A DNA stretch of 47,060 nt from an uncultured Thermotogaceae bacterium (GCA_964597525.1 CAZQXP010000001.1:1-47060), one strand, 5' to 3'. Numbered from the stretch's first letter, positions 16,682 to 26,017 are shown. Translations and numbers: made by a program. The notes: generated by a model from the sequence alone, not told the origin.

Positions 16682-17379
16682 TCACCCTCACCATCGACGG
16701 GATCAAGGTGCAGGCCGAGCCTGGGGAGACCATCCTTCAGGCGGCCAAGCGCGCGGGAATCCGTATCCCCACCCTCTGTTACCTAGAAGGACTTTCTCCG
16801 CGGGGAGCCTGCCGCCTCTGCCTGGTGGAGATACGGAACTGGGGTGGGAGATTGGTGCCTTCCTGCGCCACGCCCGCGCAAGAAGGTCTTGAGGTCGTGG
16901 CCAACTCCGAGCGGCTGCGCGAACTTCGCCGCACGATTCTCGAGATGATCTTTGCCGAGCGGAATCACATTTGCGCCTTCTGCGTCTCCAACGGGCATTG
17001 CGAGCTACAGAACCTCGCTATGGAGCTCGGGATGGATCACGTGCGGCTTCCTTACCGCTGGCCCCTTTTGCCCCTGGACCTCAGCCACGCCAAATACGGG
17101 ATTGACCACAACCGCTGTGTGCTTTGTGGCCGGTGTGTGCGGGCCTGCGCGGAGGTGGAGGGTGCCATGACCTGGGGCTTCTCCGGCCGGGGAATTTTCA
17201 CCCTGGTGGAGGCGGATTTGGGCGACCCCTGGGGGAAGTCCAAGACCTGTACAGGGTGCGGAAAATGCGTGCAGGCCTGTCCCACCGGCGCCCTCTTTGA
17301 GAAGGGCAAAGCCACGAGCGAGCAAGTAAAGCGGCCGGAGATCCTCGTGGAGGTCACAGAAAGGAGGCCCCGTGCCTAA
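16678..17379 (+). CDS. hoxU: HoxU/HydA-like Fe-S subunit (NuoG N-terminal type: [2Fe-2S] + [4Fe-4S] clusters)
   Basis: GTGA junction. LCYLEGLSPRGACRLCLVE...SC, then HICAFCVSNGHCELQ, CVLCGRCVRAC and CTGCGKCVQACP. Confidence 0.9.
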   Translation: MITLTIDGIKVQAEPGETILQAAKRAGIRIPTLCYLEGLSPRGACRLCLVEIRNWGGRLVPSCATPAQEGLEVVANSERLRELRRTILEMIFAERNHICAFCVSNGHCELQNLAMELGMDHVRLPYRWPLLPLDLSHAKYGIDHNRCVLCGRCVRACAEVEGAMTWGFSGRGIFTLVEADLGDPWGKSKTCTGCGKCVQACPTGALFEKGKATSEQVKRPEILVEVTERRPRA

Positions 17380-17899
17380 GCTTCGCGTGGCCACTGTGTG
17401 GTTTTCCGGGTGCTCCGGCTGCCACATGTCCTTTTTGGACCTGGACGAGCGCCTCTTGGAATTCGCCGAGCGCGCGGAGCTCGTGTTCTCCCCCATCGTG
17501 GACCTGAAGGAATTCCCGGAAGACGTGGATGTGGTGCTGATCGAGGGCGCGGTAGGGAACACCGAACACCTTCGGATGCTCTTGGAGATCCGCAAGAAAT
17601 CCAAAATCCTTGTGGCCTTTGGCGATTGTGCGGTGACTGGAAACGTGGCGAGCCTGCGCAACCCCCTTCCGCGCGAAGAGGTCCTGCACGCTGTTTATGG
17701 GAAAAACGATCCGCCGGGCTTGGAGGAAGGGGAGGTTCCCAAGTTCCTTCCTCAGGCGCTTCCCCTCCACGCGGTGGTTCCCGTGGATTATTTCCTGCCC
17801 GGGTGCCCTCCTTCGGCGGACAGGATCTGGACGTTCCTCCGGCCTGTCCTCCTTGGGCAGAAACCAGTCCTTTCCGGGCCGGATCTGAAATTTGGGTGA
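17372..17899 (+). CDS. hoxY: [NiFe] hydrogenase small subunit, short group-3 type
   Basis: 175 aa. [22 protein letters not shown] and LPGCPP proximal-cluster cysteines. No Tat signal. Confidence 0.9.
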   Translation: MPKLRVATVWFSGCSGCHMSFLDLDERLLEFAERAELVFSPIVDLKEFPEDVDVVLIEGAVGNTEHLRMLLEIRKKSKILVAFGDCAVTGNVASLRNPLPREEVLHAVYGKNDPPGLEEGEVPKFLPQALPLHAVVPVDYFLPGCPPSADRIWTFLRPVLLGQKPVLSGPDLKFG

Positions 17900-17909
17900 A
17901 GGAGGCGGC

Positions 17910-19334
17910 GTGCAGAAATTGCATATCCCGGTGACGCGTATCGAGGGACACGGGCTTATCACCGTGCATTTGGATTCCGATGGCCGGGTAAGGGAGGCCC
18001 GCTTCCACGTCACAGAGGTGCGGGGCTTCGAGCGATTTTGCGTGGGCCGCATGCTCTGGGAGATGCCGGCCCTCACCGCCCGGATCTGTGGGATCTGCCC
18101 GGTTTCCCACCTCCTCTGCTCGGCCAAGGCCTGCGACGCGATTTTGGCCGTGCGCATCCCCCGGCCTGCAGAGAAGCTCCGCCGGCTCATGAACCTGGGG
18201 CAGATCGTGCAGTCCCACGCCCTTTCCTTTTTCCACCTTTCCTCGCCCGATCTTCTTTTGGGTTGGGATACAGACCCCGCAAAACGCCACATCTTTGGTG
18301 TGGCCGCTTTCGATCGGAAGCTCGCCCTCGATGGGATTCGCCTGCGGGCGTTCGGCCAGGAGATCATCGAGATCCTCGGTGGCAAGAGAATTCACCCAGC
18401 TTGGGCCGTTCCCGGTGGGGTGAATAACCCCTTGACCGAGGAAGGCCGGGACCGCATTGCCGCCAAACTCCCCGAGGCCATGCGCATTGCCCAAGATGCC
18501 CTCGCTCTTTACGAGAAGAACGTGGCCAAATGGGCCGAAGAGATCGAGCATTTCGGGAAATTCCCCAGCCTTTTCATGGCCCTCGTGGGCGAGGATGGCT
18601 CCTGGGAGCACTACAGCGGCCGCATCCGCTTCGTGGACGCGGAAAGAAGGATCGTGGCCGATGGCCTGGATCCCGCGCGGTACCAGGACTACATCGGTGA
18701 GGCGGTGGAAAGCTGGTCCTATTTGAAATTCCCGTACTACAAGCCCTACGGGTACCCGGAGGGAATGTACCGGGTGGGCCCGTTGGCCCGGCTCAACTGC
18801 TGTGAGCGCTTCGGGACAAAGCTTGCGGATGAGGCTCTTTCCCGTTTCCGGGCCGCAGCGGACGGAAAAGCGGTTACCGCCTCCTTCCACTACCACTGGG
18901 CCCGGCTCATCGAGATCCTGGGAGCTCTGGAAAAGATCGAGGAGCTCCTCTCTGACCCAGAGATCCTCTCCCCAAGAGTGCGGGCGGAAGCGGGGGTGAA
19001 CGAACTCGAGGGCGTGGGCGTTCACGAGGCCCCCCGGGGAACTCTTTTCCACCATTACCTCGTGGACGAAACCGGGGTGATCCAGAGGGTGAACCTGATC
19101 GTTTCCACGGGCCACAACAATTTGGCCATGAACCGCACGGTGGCTCAAATCGCCGAGCACTGGCTTTCCGGCCGGGAAATCACGGAGGGGCTCCTTAACC
19201 GCCTCGAGGGCGGGATCCGCGCCTACGATCCCTGTCTTTCCTGCTCGGTGCACGCGGTGGGAGAGATGCCCCTGCGGGTCCTTCTCCTTGGGCCGGATGG
19301 GGAGATCCTCGCGGAAAGGACGCGCGGCGCATGA
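17910..19334 (+). CDS. hoxH: [NiFe] hydrogenase large subunit, group-3 (bidirectional/NAD-linked) type
   Basis: GTG at 17910 after [24 protein letters not shown] and C-terminal DPCLSCSVH, followed by a ~26-residue tail that would be removed by the maturation protease. Confidence 0.95.
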   Translation: MQKLHIPVTRIEGHGLITVHLDSDGRVREARFHVTEVRGFERFCVGRMLWEMPALTARICGICPVSHLLCSAKACDAILAVRIPRPAEKLRRLMNLGQIVQSHALSFFHLSSPDLLLGWDTDPAKRHIFGVAAFDRKLALDGIRLRAFGQEIIEILGGKRIHPAWAVPGGVNNPLTEEGRDRIAAKLPEAMRIAQDALALYEKNVAKWAEEIEHFGKFPSLFMALVGEDGSWEHYSGRIRFVDAERRIVADGLDPARYQDYIGEAVESWSYLKFPYYKPYGYPEGMYRVGPLARLNCCERFGTKLADEALSRFRAAADGKAVTASFHYHWARLIEILGALEKIEELLSDPEILSPRVRAEAGVNELEGVGVHEAPRGTLFHHYLVDETGVIQRVNLIVSTGHNNLAMNRTVAQIAEHWLSGREITEGLLNRLEGGIRAYDPCLSCSVHAVGEMPLRVLLLGPDGEILAERTRGA

Positions 19335-19753
19335 TCCTCGTTATTGGCCTGGGACACCCCTTACGCAGGGATGACGGGGTAGGGCTTTGGATTGCCCAAA
19401 ACCTCGAGGAGCGGGAGGGCGTGAAGGTTTTGGGAGCTCAAGTCCTTTCGCCCGAGCTTTTACCCCAGATCCTCGCCGCAGATTTGGTGATTTTCGTGGA
19501 TGCCCGAAAGAGCGCGGGGCCGGTGCGCTGGGAACCTCTGAAGCCCGGGCCCTGCCCGCCCCTTTCCCACTCCATGACCCCTCAAGGCCTCATTTCCTGG
19601 GCAGCCAAGCTCTTCGGCACGGCTCCGGAGGCTTGGCTTGTAACCGTGCCCGCGCGGGACTTTTCCCTGGGGGAGGGGCTTTCGCCCCGCACGCGGCTGG
19701 CTGCGGAAGCGCTGCTCCGGCGCCTGCGGGCCTACCTCGGAGGTGGGGAATGA
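19331..19753 (+). CDS. hoxW: Hydrogenase maturation endopeptidase
   Basis: ATGA junction. [17 protein letters not shown] and VIFVDA motifs of the HycI/HoxW family. Confidence 0.85.
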   Translation: MILVIGLGHPLRRDDGVGLWIAQNLEEREGVKVLGAQVLSPELLPQILAADLVIFVDARKSAGPVRWEPLKPGPCPPLSHSMTPQGLISWAAKLFGTAPEAWLVTVPARDFSLGEGLSPRTRLAAEALLRRLRAYLGGGE

Positions 19754-21540
19754 GACGGCTCTCGGTCCTCCTTTGCTCCGGTTCGGCGTGCCAATCCGCG
19801 GGAGCCTTGGCCCTAAAACAGGCCCTTGTGGAAGCCCTCACCGCGGAGGGCCTTACCGAAGAGGTGCAAATTGTGGAAACCGGGTGCATGGGGCCCTGCG
19901 AGCTTGGGCCCATTCTCCTTGTCTATCCGGACGGCGTCTACTACGTGCGGGTGAAGCCCCGCGATGTTCAGGAAATCGTGCGGGAGCATTTCCTCAAAGG
20001 GAGGCCGGTGCGGCGGCTCCTTTGGACCGCGCCGGCGCCCGAGCCGCGCACGATCCCATTTTTCGCCCGCCAAAAGAAAGTTGTCCTCGAAAACTGCGGC
20101 CAGATCGATCCAGAAAAGATCGAGGAATACATCGCTGTGGGCGGCTATGAAGCCTTGGCCAAGGTCCTCACCCAAATGACCCCGGAGGAAGTGATTTCCG
20201 AAATCAGCCGCTCAGGCTTGCGGGGACGGGGTGGCGCAGGTTTTCCTACCGGCAAAAAATGGCAGGCCGTGCGGGAGGCCACGGGAAATCCGAAATACGT
20301 GATCTGCAACGGCGATGAAGGCGATCCCGGCGCCTTCATGGATCGGGCGATCCTCGAGGGCGATCCCCACAGCGTCCTTGAGGGCATGGCCATCGCCGCC
20401 TACGCCGTGGGCGCAGAAAAGGGCTACATCTACGTACGCGCGGAATACCCCTTAGCGGTAAAACGCCTGGAGGTAGCCATCGCGCAAGCCCGAAAGCTTG
20501 GGCTCCTTGGGCCAAGGATTTTTGACACGGACTTTTCCTTCGACGTGGAGCTGAGGATCGGCGCCGGGGCTTTTGTGTGCGGCGAGGAGACCGCCCTCAT
20601 CGCCTCCATTGAAGGGAAGCGGGGCGAGCCCAGGCCCCGTCCGCCTTATCCTGCGACCTCTGGCCTTTTTGGCAAACCCACCCTCATCAACAACGTGGAG
20701 ACCTTTGCCAATGTACGGCATATCATCCTCAAAGGGGCGGATTGGTTTTCCCAGATGGGTACAGCCACAAGCAAGGGCACAAAAGTTTTTGCTCTTGCGG
20801 GGCAGGTGAAAAACACCGGCCTTGTGGAAGTGCCCATGGGAATCACGCTGCGGGAGCTCATCTTCGAGGTGGGGGGAGGGGTTCCCGAGGGCCGGAAGTT
20901 TAAAGCTGTACAGATCGGCGGCCCCTCCGGCGGATGCCTTCCCGAAAGCCTCCTCGATGTGCCCATCGATTACGAGTCCCTGAAACAATACGGGGCCATC
21001 ATGGGCTCGGGCGGAGTGATCGTCCTCGATAATACTTCTTGCATGGTTAACGTAGCCAAGTTTTTCCTAGAGTTCACCGCGGATGAGTCCTGCGGAAAGT
21101 GCGTCCCTTGCCGGGTGGGATTGCGCATGATGCTCGGCATTTTGGAGCGGATCGTCCGGGGAGAAGGAACCGAAGAGGACCTCACCCGGTTGGAGGAACT
21201 AGGAAAACTCATCCAAGCGGCGTCTTTGTGTGGGCTTGGCCAAACGGCGCCCAATCCCGTTCTCTCCACCCTCCGCTACTTCCGGGAGGAGTACCTCGCC
21301 CATATCCGGGATAAGGCTTGTCCCGCCGGGGTTTGTCCGGATCTCATCCACTACGAGATCATTTCGGAGGCTTGTCGGGCCTGTGATCTTTGCCGGCGGG
21401 CTTGCCCCACGGGCGCGGCTCAAGGCACTCCCCGAAACCCGCCCTATCGCATCGTCCAAGAGCTTTGCATTCGCTGCGGCGCGTGCCTTGAGGCCTGCCC
21501 GTTCGGCGCGGTGGTGAAGATCCCGGGTCGAAAGGGGTGA
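19750..21540 (+). CDS. NuoF/HoxF/HydB-like FMN and NAD(P)H-binding subunit, full Bfu-type architecture (copy 1)
   Basis: ATGA junction. N-terminal thioredoxin-like domain with four Cys ([10 protein letters not shown]...[12 protein letters not shown]). [39 protein letters not shown]...LCGLGQT. C-terminal [12 protein letters not shown] + [12 protein letters not shown]. Confidence 0.9.
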   Translation: MRRLSVLLCSGSACQSAGALALKQALVEALTAEGLTEEVQIVETGCMGPCELGPILLVYPDGVYYVRVKPRDVQEIVREHFLKGRPVRRLLWTAPAPEPRTIPFFARQKKVVLENCGQIDPEKIEEYIAVGGYEALAKVLTQMTPEEVISEISRSGLRGRGGAGFPTGKKWQAVREATGNPKYVICNGDEGDPGAFMDRAILEGDPHSVLEGMAIAAYAVGAEKGYIYVRAEYPLAVKRLEVAIAQARKLGLLGPRIFDTDFSFDVELRIGAGAFVCGEETALIASIEGKRGEPRPRPPYPATSGLFGKPTLINNVETFANVRHIILKGADWFSQMGTATSKGTKVFALAGQVKNTGLVEVPMGITLRELIFEVGGGVPEGRKFKAVQIGGPSGGCLPESLLDVPIDYESLKQYGAIMGSGGVIVLDNTSCMVNVAKFFLEFTADESCGKCVPCRVGLRMMLGILERIVRGEGTEEDLTRLEELGKLIQAASLCGLGQTAPNPVLSTLRYFREEYLAHIRDKACPAGVCPDLIHYEIISEACRACDLCRRACPTGAAQGTPRNPPYRIVQELCIRCGACLEACPFGAVVKIPGRKG

Positions 21541-22001
21541 CCGTGGACAAAAAGGCGATCCTTGAGAAATTTCCGCGCTCGCCCGATGTGCTTTTAGCCC
21601 TTTTGCACGAGCTTCAGCGGGCCAATCCCCGAAATTATTTGACGCCGGAGGACCTCGCCCTTGTCGCAGAATACCTGAACCTTCCCCTTTCCCGCGTGCG
21701 CGACGCCGTCACGTTCTACACCATGTTCAGCCTCCGCCCGCGCGGAAAACATGTGATCCGCGTGTGTGATTCCCCCAATTGCCACCTCTTTGGGGCCTGG
21801 TCCGTGGTGGAGCAGCTCAGAAAGCTTTTGGGGATTGAAGTAGGGGAAACCACGCCCGATGGCCTTTTCACCCTGGAGCTCACGAGCTGTCTTGGCGCGT
21901 GCGGGGTGGCTCCGGTGATGATGGTGGATGACGAGGTTTTTGGGAACCTCACGCCCGAGCGGGTGCGGGAGATTTTGGCCCGGCTGAAGGAGGAGGGATG
22001 A
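21537..22001 (+). CDS. NuoE/HoxE-like [2Fe-2S] subunit (copy 2)
   Basis: GTGA junction. [11 protein letters not shown]...[14 protein letters not shown] four-Cys motif. Confidence 0.85.
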   Translation: MTVDKKAILEKFPRSPDVLLALLHELQRANPRNYLTPEDLALVAEYLNLPLSRVRDAVTFYTMFSLRPRGKHVIRVCDSPNCHLFGAWSVVEQLRKLLGIEVGETTPDGLFTLELTSCLGACGVAPVMMVDDEVFGNLTPERVREILARLKEEG

Positions 22002-23602
22002 GGCCCGCGCGCACCCATGTGCTTGTGGCCGTGGATGAGGAAGCCCGCCTGGCCGGGGTGGAGGGGGTTCTCGCGGCCCTCCGGGCGGCCCTCGATCGGT
22101 ACGGCCTTGCGGAGGAAGTCCAGGTCGTAGAAACCGGCACATTGGGCGTTTCCGGCCAAGGCGTGGTTTTAGCGGTTTATCCCGATGGCGTTTTCTATGG
22201 CCGCGTTCGTCCGGAGGACGTGGAGGAGATCGTGGAGGTTCATCTCCTAAAAGGCCGGCCGGTGGAGCGGTTGCGCCTTCCCACAGCTGCTCCGGTAGCC
22301 CGCCCTGGCGAAATCCTCGGCCGGCAGACCCGCGTGGTCCTCCGCAACGTAGGGGTGATCGATCCCGAAAATATCGAGGAATACATCGCCCAAGGCGGCT
22401 ACGAGGCCTTGGCCAAGGCTCTCTTTGAGATGAAGCCGGAGGAGGTGATCGAGGAGATCCGCCGTTCGGGGTTGCGCGGCCGCGGCGGCGCAGGTTTCCC
22501 CACCGGGCTCAAATGGGCCGCGGTCCGCTCCGCACCCGGCTCGGAAAAGTACGTGATCTGCAACGCCGATGAAGGCGAACCCGGAACCTTCAAGGACCGC
22601 CTCATCCTCGAGGGCGATCCTCACAGGATTTTGGAGGCCATGATCATCGCCGGCTACGCCGTGGGCGCAAAGCTCGGGATCATCTACGTCCGCGGCGAAT
22701 ATAGCCTATCTATCCGGCGTCTCACGAAGGCCATTGAGCAAGCCCGCGCGTATGGGCTTTTGGGAGAAAACATCTTGGAAAGTGGTTTTTCCTTCGATAT
22801 TGAGGTTCGGCCGGGCGCAGGCGCCTATGTGTGCGGCGAGGAAACGGCCCTCATCGAGTCCTTGGAGGGAAAGCGCGGCTGGCCCAGGATCCGCCCGCCT
22901 TATCCCGTCACCTACGGCCTCTGGGGGAAGCCCACGGTGGTGAACAACGTGGAAACCCTCGCGAACGTGCCGGATATCCTCCTCCGCGGAGCAAGCTGGT
23001 ACCGCACCTTGGGCACACCTACCTGCCCGGGGACGAAGGTCTACACGATTCTTGGGCACGTGCGTTTTCCTGGTTTGGTGGAAGTGGAGATGGGGACGCC
23101 CTTGCGCGTTCTTATCTACGAGCTTGGCGGTGGGATTCGGGATGGGAGGGCCCTCAAGGCCGTGCTCATCGGTGGAGCGGCTGGCGCTTTCCTCACCTCC
23201 CGGGATCTTGATGTGCGCCTGGATTTTGACTCCTTGGCGGGCAAAGCTGCGGTCCTCGGCTCCGGTGCGGTCCTCGTCATGGATGAGACGGCCTGCATGG
23301 TGGATATGCTCGGGAGCATCCTGCGTTTCTTTCGGCACGAATCCTGCGGGCAATGCGTTCCTTGCCGGGTGGGTACGGATCTTTTGGTGCGGATCTTGGA
23401 GGGGATCCGCCGGGGGATGGCCAACGAAGAAGTTCTCTCACGCATGGTGGAGATTGTGGAGACGATGAGGCTTTCCTCCCTTTGCCCTCTGGGGCAATCC
23501 CTGGCTTTGCCTGTGCGGTCGGCTTTGGAGAATTTCCGGGAGGAGTTCCTTGCCCATCTTGCGGCGCAACCCTGCCCCGTTTGTTCTGGGAGGCCTCAAT
23601 GA
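21998..23602 (+). CDS. NuoF/HoxF-like FMN and NAD(P)H-binding subunit, reduced architecture (copy 2)
   Basis: ATGA junction. [39 protein letters not shown]...LCPLGQS. The N-terminal thioredoxin-like domain is conserved in sequence but has no Cys. No C-terminal 2x[4Fe-4S] domain. Confidence 0.9.
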   Translation: MRPARTHVLVAVDEEARLAGVEGVLAALRAALDRYGLAEEVQVVETGTLGVSGQGVVLAVYPDGVFYGRVRPEDVEEIVEVHLLKGRPVERLRLPTAAPVARPGEILGRQTRVVLRNVGVIDPENIEEYIAQGGYEALAKALFEMKPEEVIEEIRRSGLRGRGGAGFPTGLKWAAVRSAPGSEKYVICNADEGEPGTFKDRLILEGDPHRILEAMIIAGYAVGAKLGIIYVRGEYSLSIRRLTKAIEQARAYGLLGENILESGFSFDIEVRPGAGAYVCGEETALIESLEGKRGWPRIRPPYPVTYGLWGKPTVVNNVETLANVPDILLRGASWYRTLGTPTCPGTKVYTILGHVRFPGLVEVEMGTPLRVLIYELGGGIRDGRALKAVLIGGAAGAFLTSRDLDVRLDFDSLAGKAAVLGSGAVLVMDETACMVDMLGSILRFFRHESCGQCVPCRVGTDLLVRILEGIRRGMANEEVLSRMVEIVETMRLSSLCPLGQSLALPVRSALENFREEFLAHLAAQPCPVCSGRPQ

Positions 23603-24927
23603 GGATCACCTTTGCCGGTGCCGCGGGAACCGTCACGGGCTCCTGCTTCTTCGTGGAAACCAAAGGCACGAAAATCCTTGTGGATTGCGGTCTTTTCCAG
23701 GGGCTTCCGGAGATGGAAGCCCGGAATTTCGAGCCCTTCCCTTTTGATCCCGCGGAAGTGGACTGGCTCATCCTCACCCATGGGCATCTGGATCACTTGG
23801 GACTTGTTCCGCGTCTAGTGCGGGAGGGCTTTCAGGGAAAAGGGATTTGTACGGTTCCCACGAGGGATATCGCCCAAGTCATGCTCATGGATGCGGCCCG
23901 CATCCAGGAAGAGGAGGAAGACGGAGCCCTCTACACCGTGGAGGACGCCCTCGATTCTCTGGATCGCCTCACCCATACCGTGGAGTACGGGGATGAGGTG
24001 GAGCTTGGGAGGGGGGTGCGCGCTAAATTCCACGATGCGGGGCACATCTTGGGCGCTGCGTTTGTGGAAATTCAAGCGGAGGGGAAGACCGTGGTCTTCT
24101 CCGGCGATCTGGGAAACCGCGGAAAACCATTGGTAGAGGATCCCTCCTATCCGCCCAAGGCGGACATCCTCATTTTGGAGTCCACATACGGCGATCGCCT
24201 CCATCCGCCCCTTGAGGAATCCGTGGAGGAGCTGCGGCGGGTGATCGTGGAGACCTTGAGGATGGGCGGGAACGTGGTGATCCCCTCCTTTGCCCTCGAG
24301 CGCACCCAGGAGGTTCTCTACATCCTCTTTCGCCTGTGGAAGGAGCGGAAAATTCCGCGCACGAAAATCTTCCTGGACTCACCGCTTGCGACCCAGGCCA
24401 CCAAGATTTTTGAGCGCTACACGGAGCGATTCCCCGAGCCGGCAAGGAAGCTTTTCCGTAAAAAGGAGGATCCCTTTGACTTCGAGCTTTTGGAGTACAC
24501 CCTGACAAAAGCCGCCTCGAAAAAGATCGCCGAGGAGGAAGGGGTGATCATCATTGCCGGATCAGGGATGTGCACCGGCGGCCGCATCCTCTACCACCTT
24601 CGGGCGAATCTCCCTCGGCCCGAGTCCTCCATTGTATTCGTCGGCTACCAAGCCGAAGGGACCTTGGGAAGGGCCATTTTGGATGGTGCCCCTGAGGTGG
24701 AGATTTTGGGGAGCATCGTGCCCGTGCGGGCGGGGATCTGGAGGATCGAGGGCCTTTCCGCCCACGCGGACCAGGAAATCCTTGTGGACTGGGCCCTCCA
24801 TGCCGATCCGGGCCAGGTGTTCCTCGTGCATGGTGAGCCCCAGGCCCTCGGGGCTTTGGCCGCGCGCCTCACCAGCCTCGGTTACTCCGTGCATATCCCG
24901 GCATGGCACGAGACGGTGGAGCTGTGA
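23599..24927 (+). CDS. Metallo-beta-lactamase fold, beta-CASP family RNA-processing nuclease-like protein
   Basis: ATGA junction. LILTHGHLDHLG (HxHxDH), FHDAGHILGAA, ESTYGDR, and C-terminal GLSAHAD...VHGE beta-CASP motifs. Confidence 0.85.
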   Translation: MRITFAGAAGTVTGSCFFVETKGTKILVDCGLFQGLPEMEARNFEPFPFDPAEVDWLILTHGHLDHLGLVPRLVREGFQGKGICTVPTRDIAQVMLMDAARIQEEEEDGALYTVEDALDSLDRLTHTVEYGDEVELGRGVRAKFHDAGHILGAAFVEIQAEGKTVVFSGDLGNRGKPLVEDPSYPPKADILILESTYGDRLHPPLEESVEELRRVIVETLRMGGNVVIPSFALERTQEVLYILFRLWKERKIPRTKIFLDSPLATQATKIFERYTERFPEPARKLFRKKEDPFDFELLEYTLTKAASKKIAEEEGVIIIAGSGMCTGGRILYHLRANLPRPESSIVFVGYQAEGTLGRAILDGAPEVEILGSIVPVRAGIWRIEGLSAHADQEILVDWALHADPGQVFLVHGEPQALGALAARLTSLGYSVHIPAWHETVEL

Positions 24928-25838
24928 AGGTGGCGGTCCTGGGAAGCCTCAATATGGACCTCGTCACCGTGGTGGAGCGCTTGCCCAGGCCAGGGGAAAC
25001 TGTTTTGGGACGAAATTTCGCCCGTTATCCAGGCGGAAAAGGCCTGAACCAGGCGGTGGCTGCAGCCCGCTTGGGCGCGGAGGTTGCCCTTTTTGGCCGT
25101 GTGGGGAACGACGCTTTCGGTGAGGAGCTTTTGGCCGTAGCCCGGGAAAACGGGGTGGACGTAAGCTATGTGGAAAAGGTTCCAGGACAGACGGGTATTT
25201 CCGCGATCCTTGTGGACCCGCAGGGCGAAAATATGATCGCCTACGCTCCCGGTGCTAATTACTCCGTGGATGAGGCCTACCTTGGCCGCGTTCTTCCTGA
25301 GCTTTCCGCTGCGGATGTCCTTCTTTTGCAGTTGGAGATCCCGCTTACCGCTGTGGTTGCCACCCTCAGCCGTCTTCCCCAGGATCGGCCTTTGGTCGTG
25401 CTCAACCCCTCTCCGGCACAAGATCTGAATGCTCTTCCTCTGCGCCGTGTGGATGTACTGGTCCCGAACGCCCAGGAATTTCAGATCCTCAGCGGTTGGT
25501 CAGGGAACCCCGAGGAGTTGGAAAGGATGGGGAGGGCCTTTTTGGCGCGAGGTATCAAGGCCCTGGTGGTCACCGCTGGGGCCGATGGCGCGTATTTGGT
25601 GGAGCCTGAAGGGCTCACACATTTTCCCGCATTCTCGGTGACGGCGGTGGATGTGACCGGCGCGGGCGATGCTTTCTGCGCCGCTTTGGCGGTGAAGTTG
25701 GGAAGCGGCCGCGGCCTCTATGAGGCCATCGGCTTCGCCAATGCTGCGGCCGCGCTTGCGACCACGAAAAAAGGGGCCGTCCCCAGCCTTCCTACCCTTG
25801 CGGAAGTTCAGTCCTTCCTTTCCCGCTTCGCCCAATAG
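24924..25838 (+). CDS. rbsK: Ribokinase (PfkB family)
   Basis: GTGA junction. VLGSLNMDL, GGKGLNQAVAAARLG, and DVTGAGDAF anion-hole/catalytic motif. Confidence 0.8.
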   Translation: MKVAVLGSLNMDLVTVVERLPRPGETVLGRNFARYPGGKGLNQAVAAARLGAEVALFGRVGNDAFGEELLAVARENGVDVSYVEKVPGQTGISAILVDPQGENMIAYAPGANYSVDEAYLGRVLPELSAADVLLLQLEIPLTAVVATLSRLPQDRPLVVLNPSPAQDLNALPLRRVDVLVPNAQEFQILSGWSGNPEELERMGRAFLARGIKALVVTAGADGAYLVEPEGLTHFPAFSVTAVDVTGAGDAFCAALAVKLGSGRGLYEAIGFANAAAALATTKKGAVPSLPTLAEVQSFLSRFAQ

Positions 25839-25921
25839 AGCTCTTGACAGTGCCCCGGATTTGTCGTATTTCCCATTCGTGCTCTTAGTGTGGAAGTGCT
25901 CCCGACCGTTTGGCCCGGCCA

Positions 25922-25955
25922 ACGCCCCGGCCGGGGCGTAACCTTTTTCTTTCCC
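25922..25955 (+). terminator. Rho-independent terminator candidate closing the long plus-strand operon
   Basis: Perfect 18-nt palindrome ACGCCCCGGCCGGGGCGT (25922..25939) followed by the T-rich tail AACCTTTTTCTTTCCCTTTT. Confidence 0.55.
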
Positions 25956-26017
25956 TTTTAGCGTTCCGTCGGTAGTCCCCTAGGCTTTTCTTCGGTTTTC
26001 CCTGAAAGGAGGTTTAA

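Noticed and set aside
17376-19253. 625-aa ORF on the minus strand opposite hoxY/hoxH
   Set aside because: It lies entirely antisense to two genes with clear hydrogenase motifs. Its translation is Arg/Gly/Pro-rich and low in complexity with no family resemblance. This is the typical shadow ORF of GC-rich DNA.
17910-19334. Possible selenocysteine-containing [NiFeSe] large subunit or in-frame TGA recoding
   Set aside because: The frame is uninterrupted, and both the N-terminal (RICGIC) and C-terminal (DPCLSCSVH) ligands are ordinary Cys codons.
19387-19749. N-terminal extension of the NuoF-like ORF (717 aa in the track), with similar extensions at 13068, 15079, 15666, 16184 and 23353
   Set aside because: These extensions overlap the preceding, motif-supported genes in another frame. 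Family similarity starts at the internal ATG or GTG, which forms an ATGA, GTGA or TGATG junction with the upstream stop.
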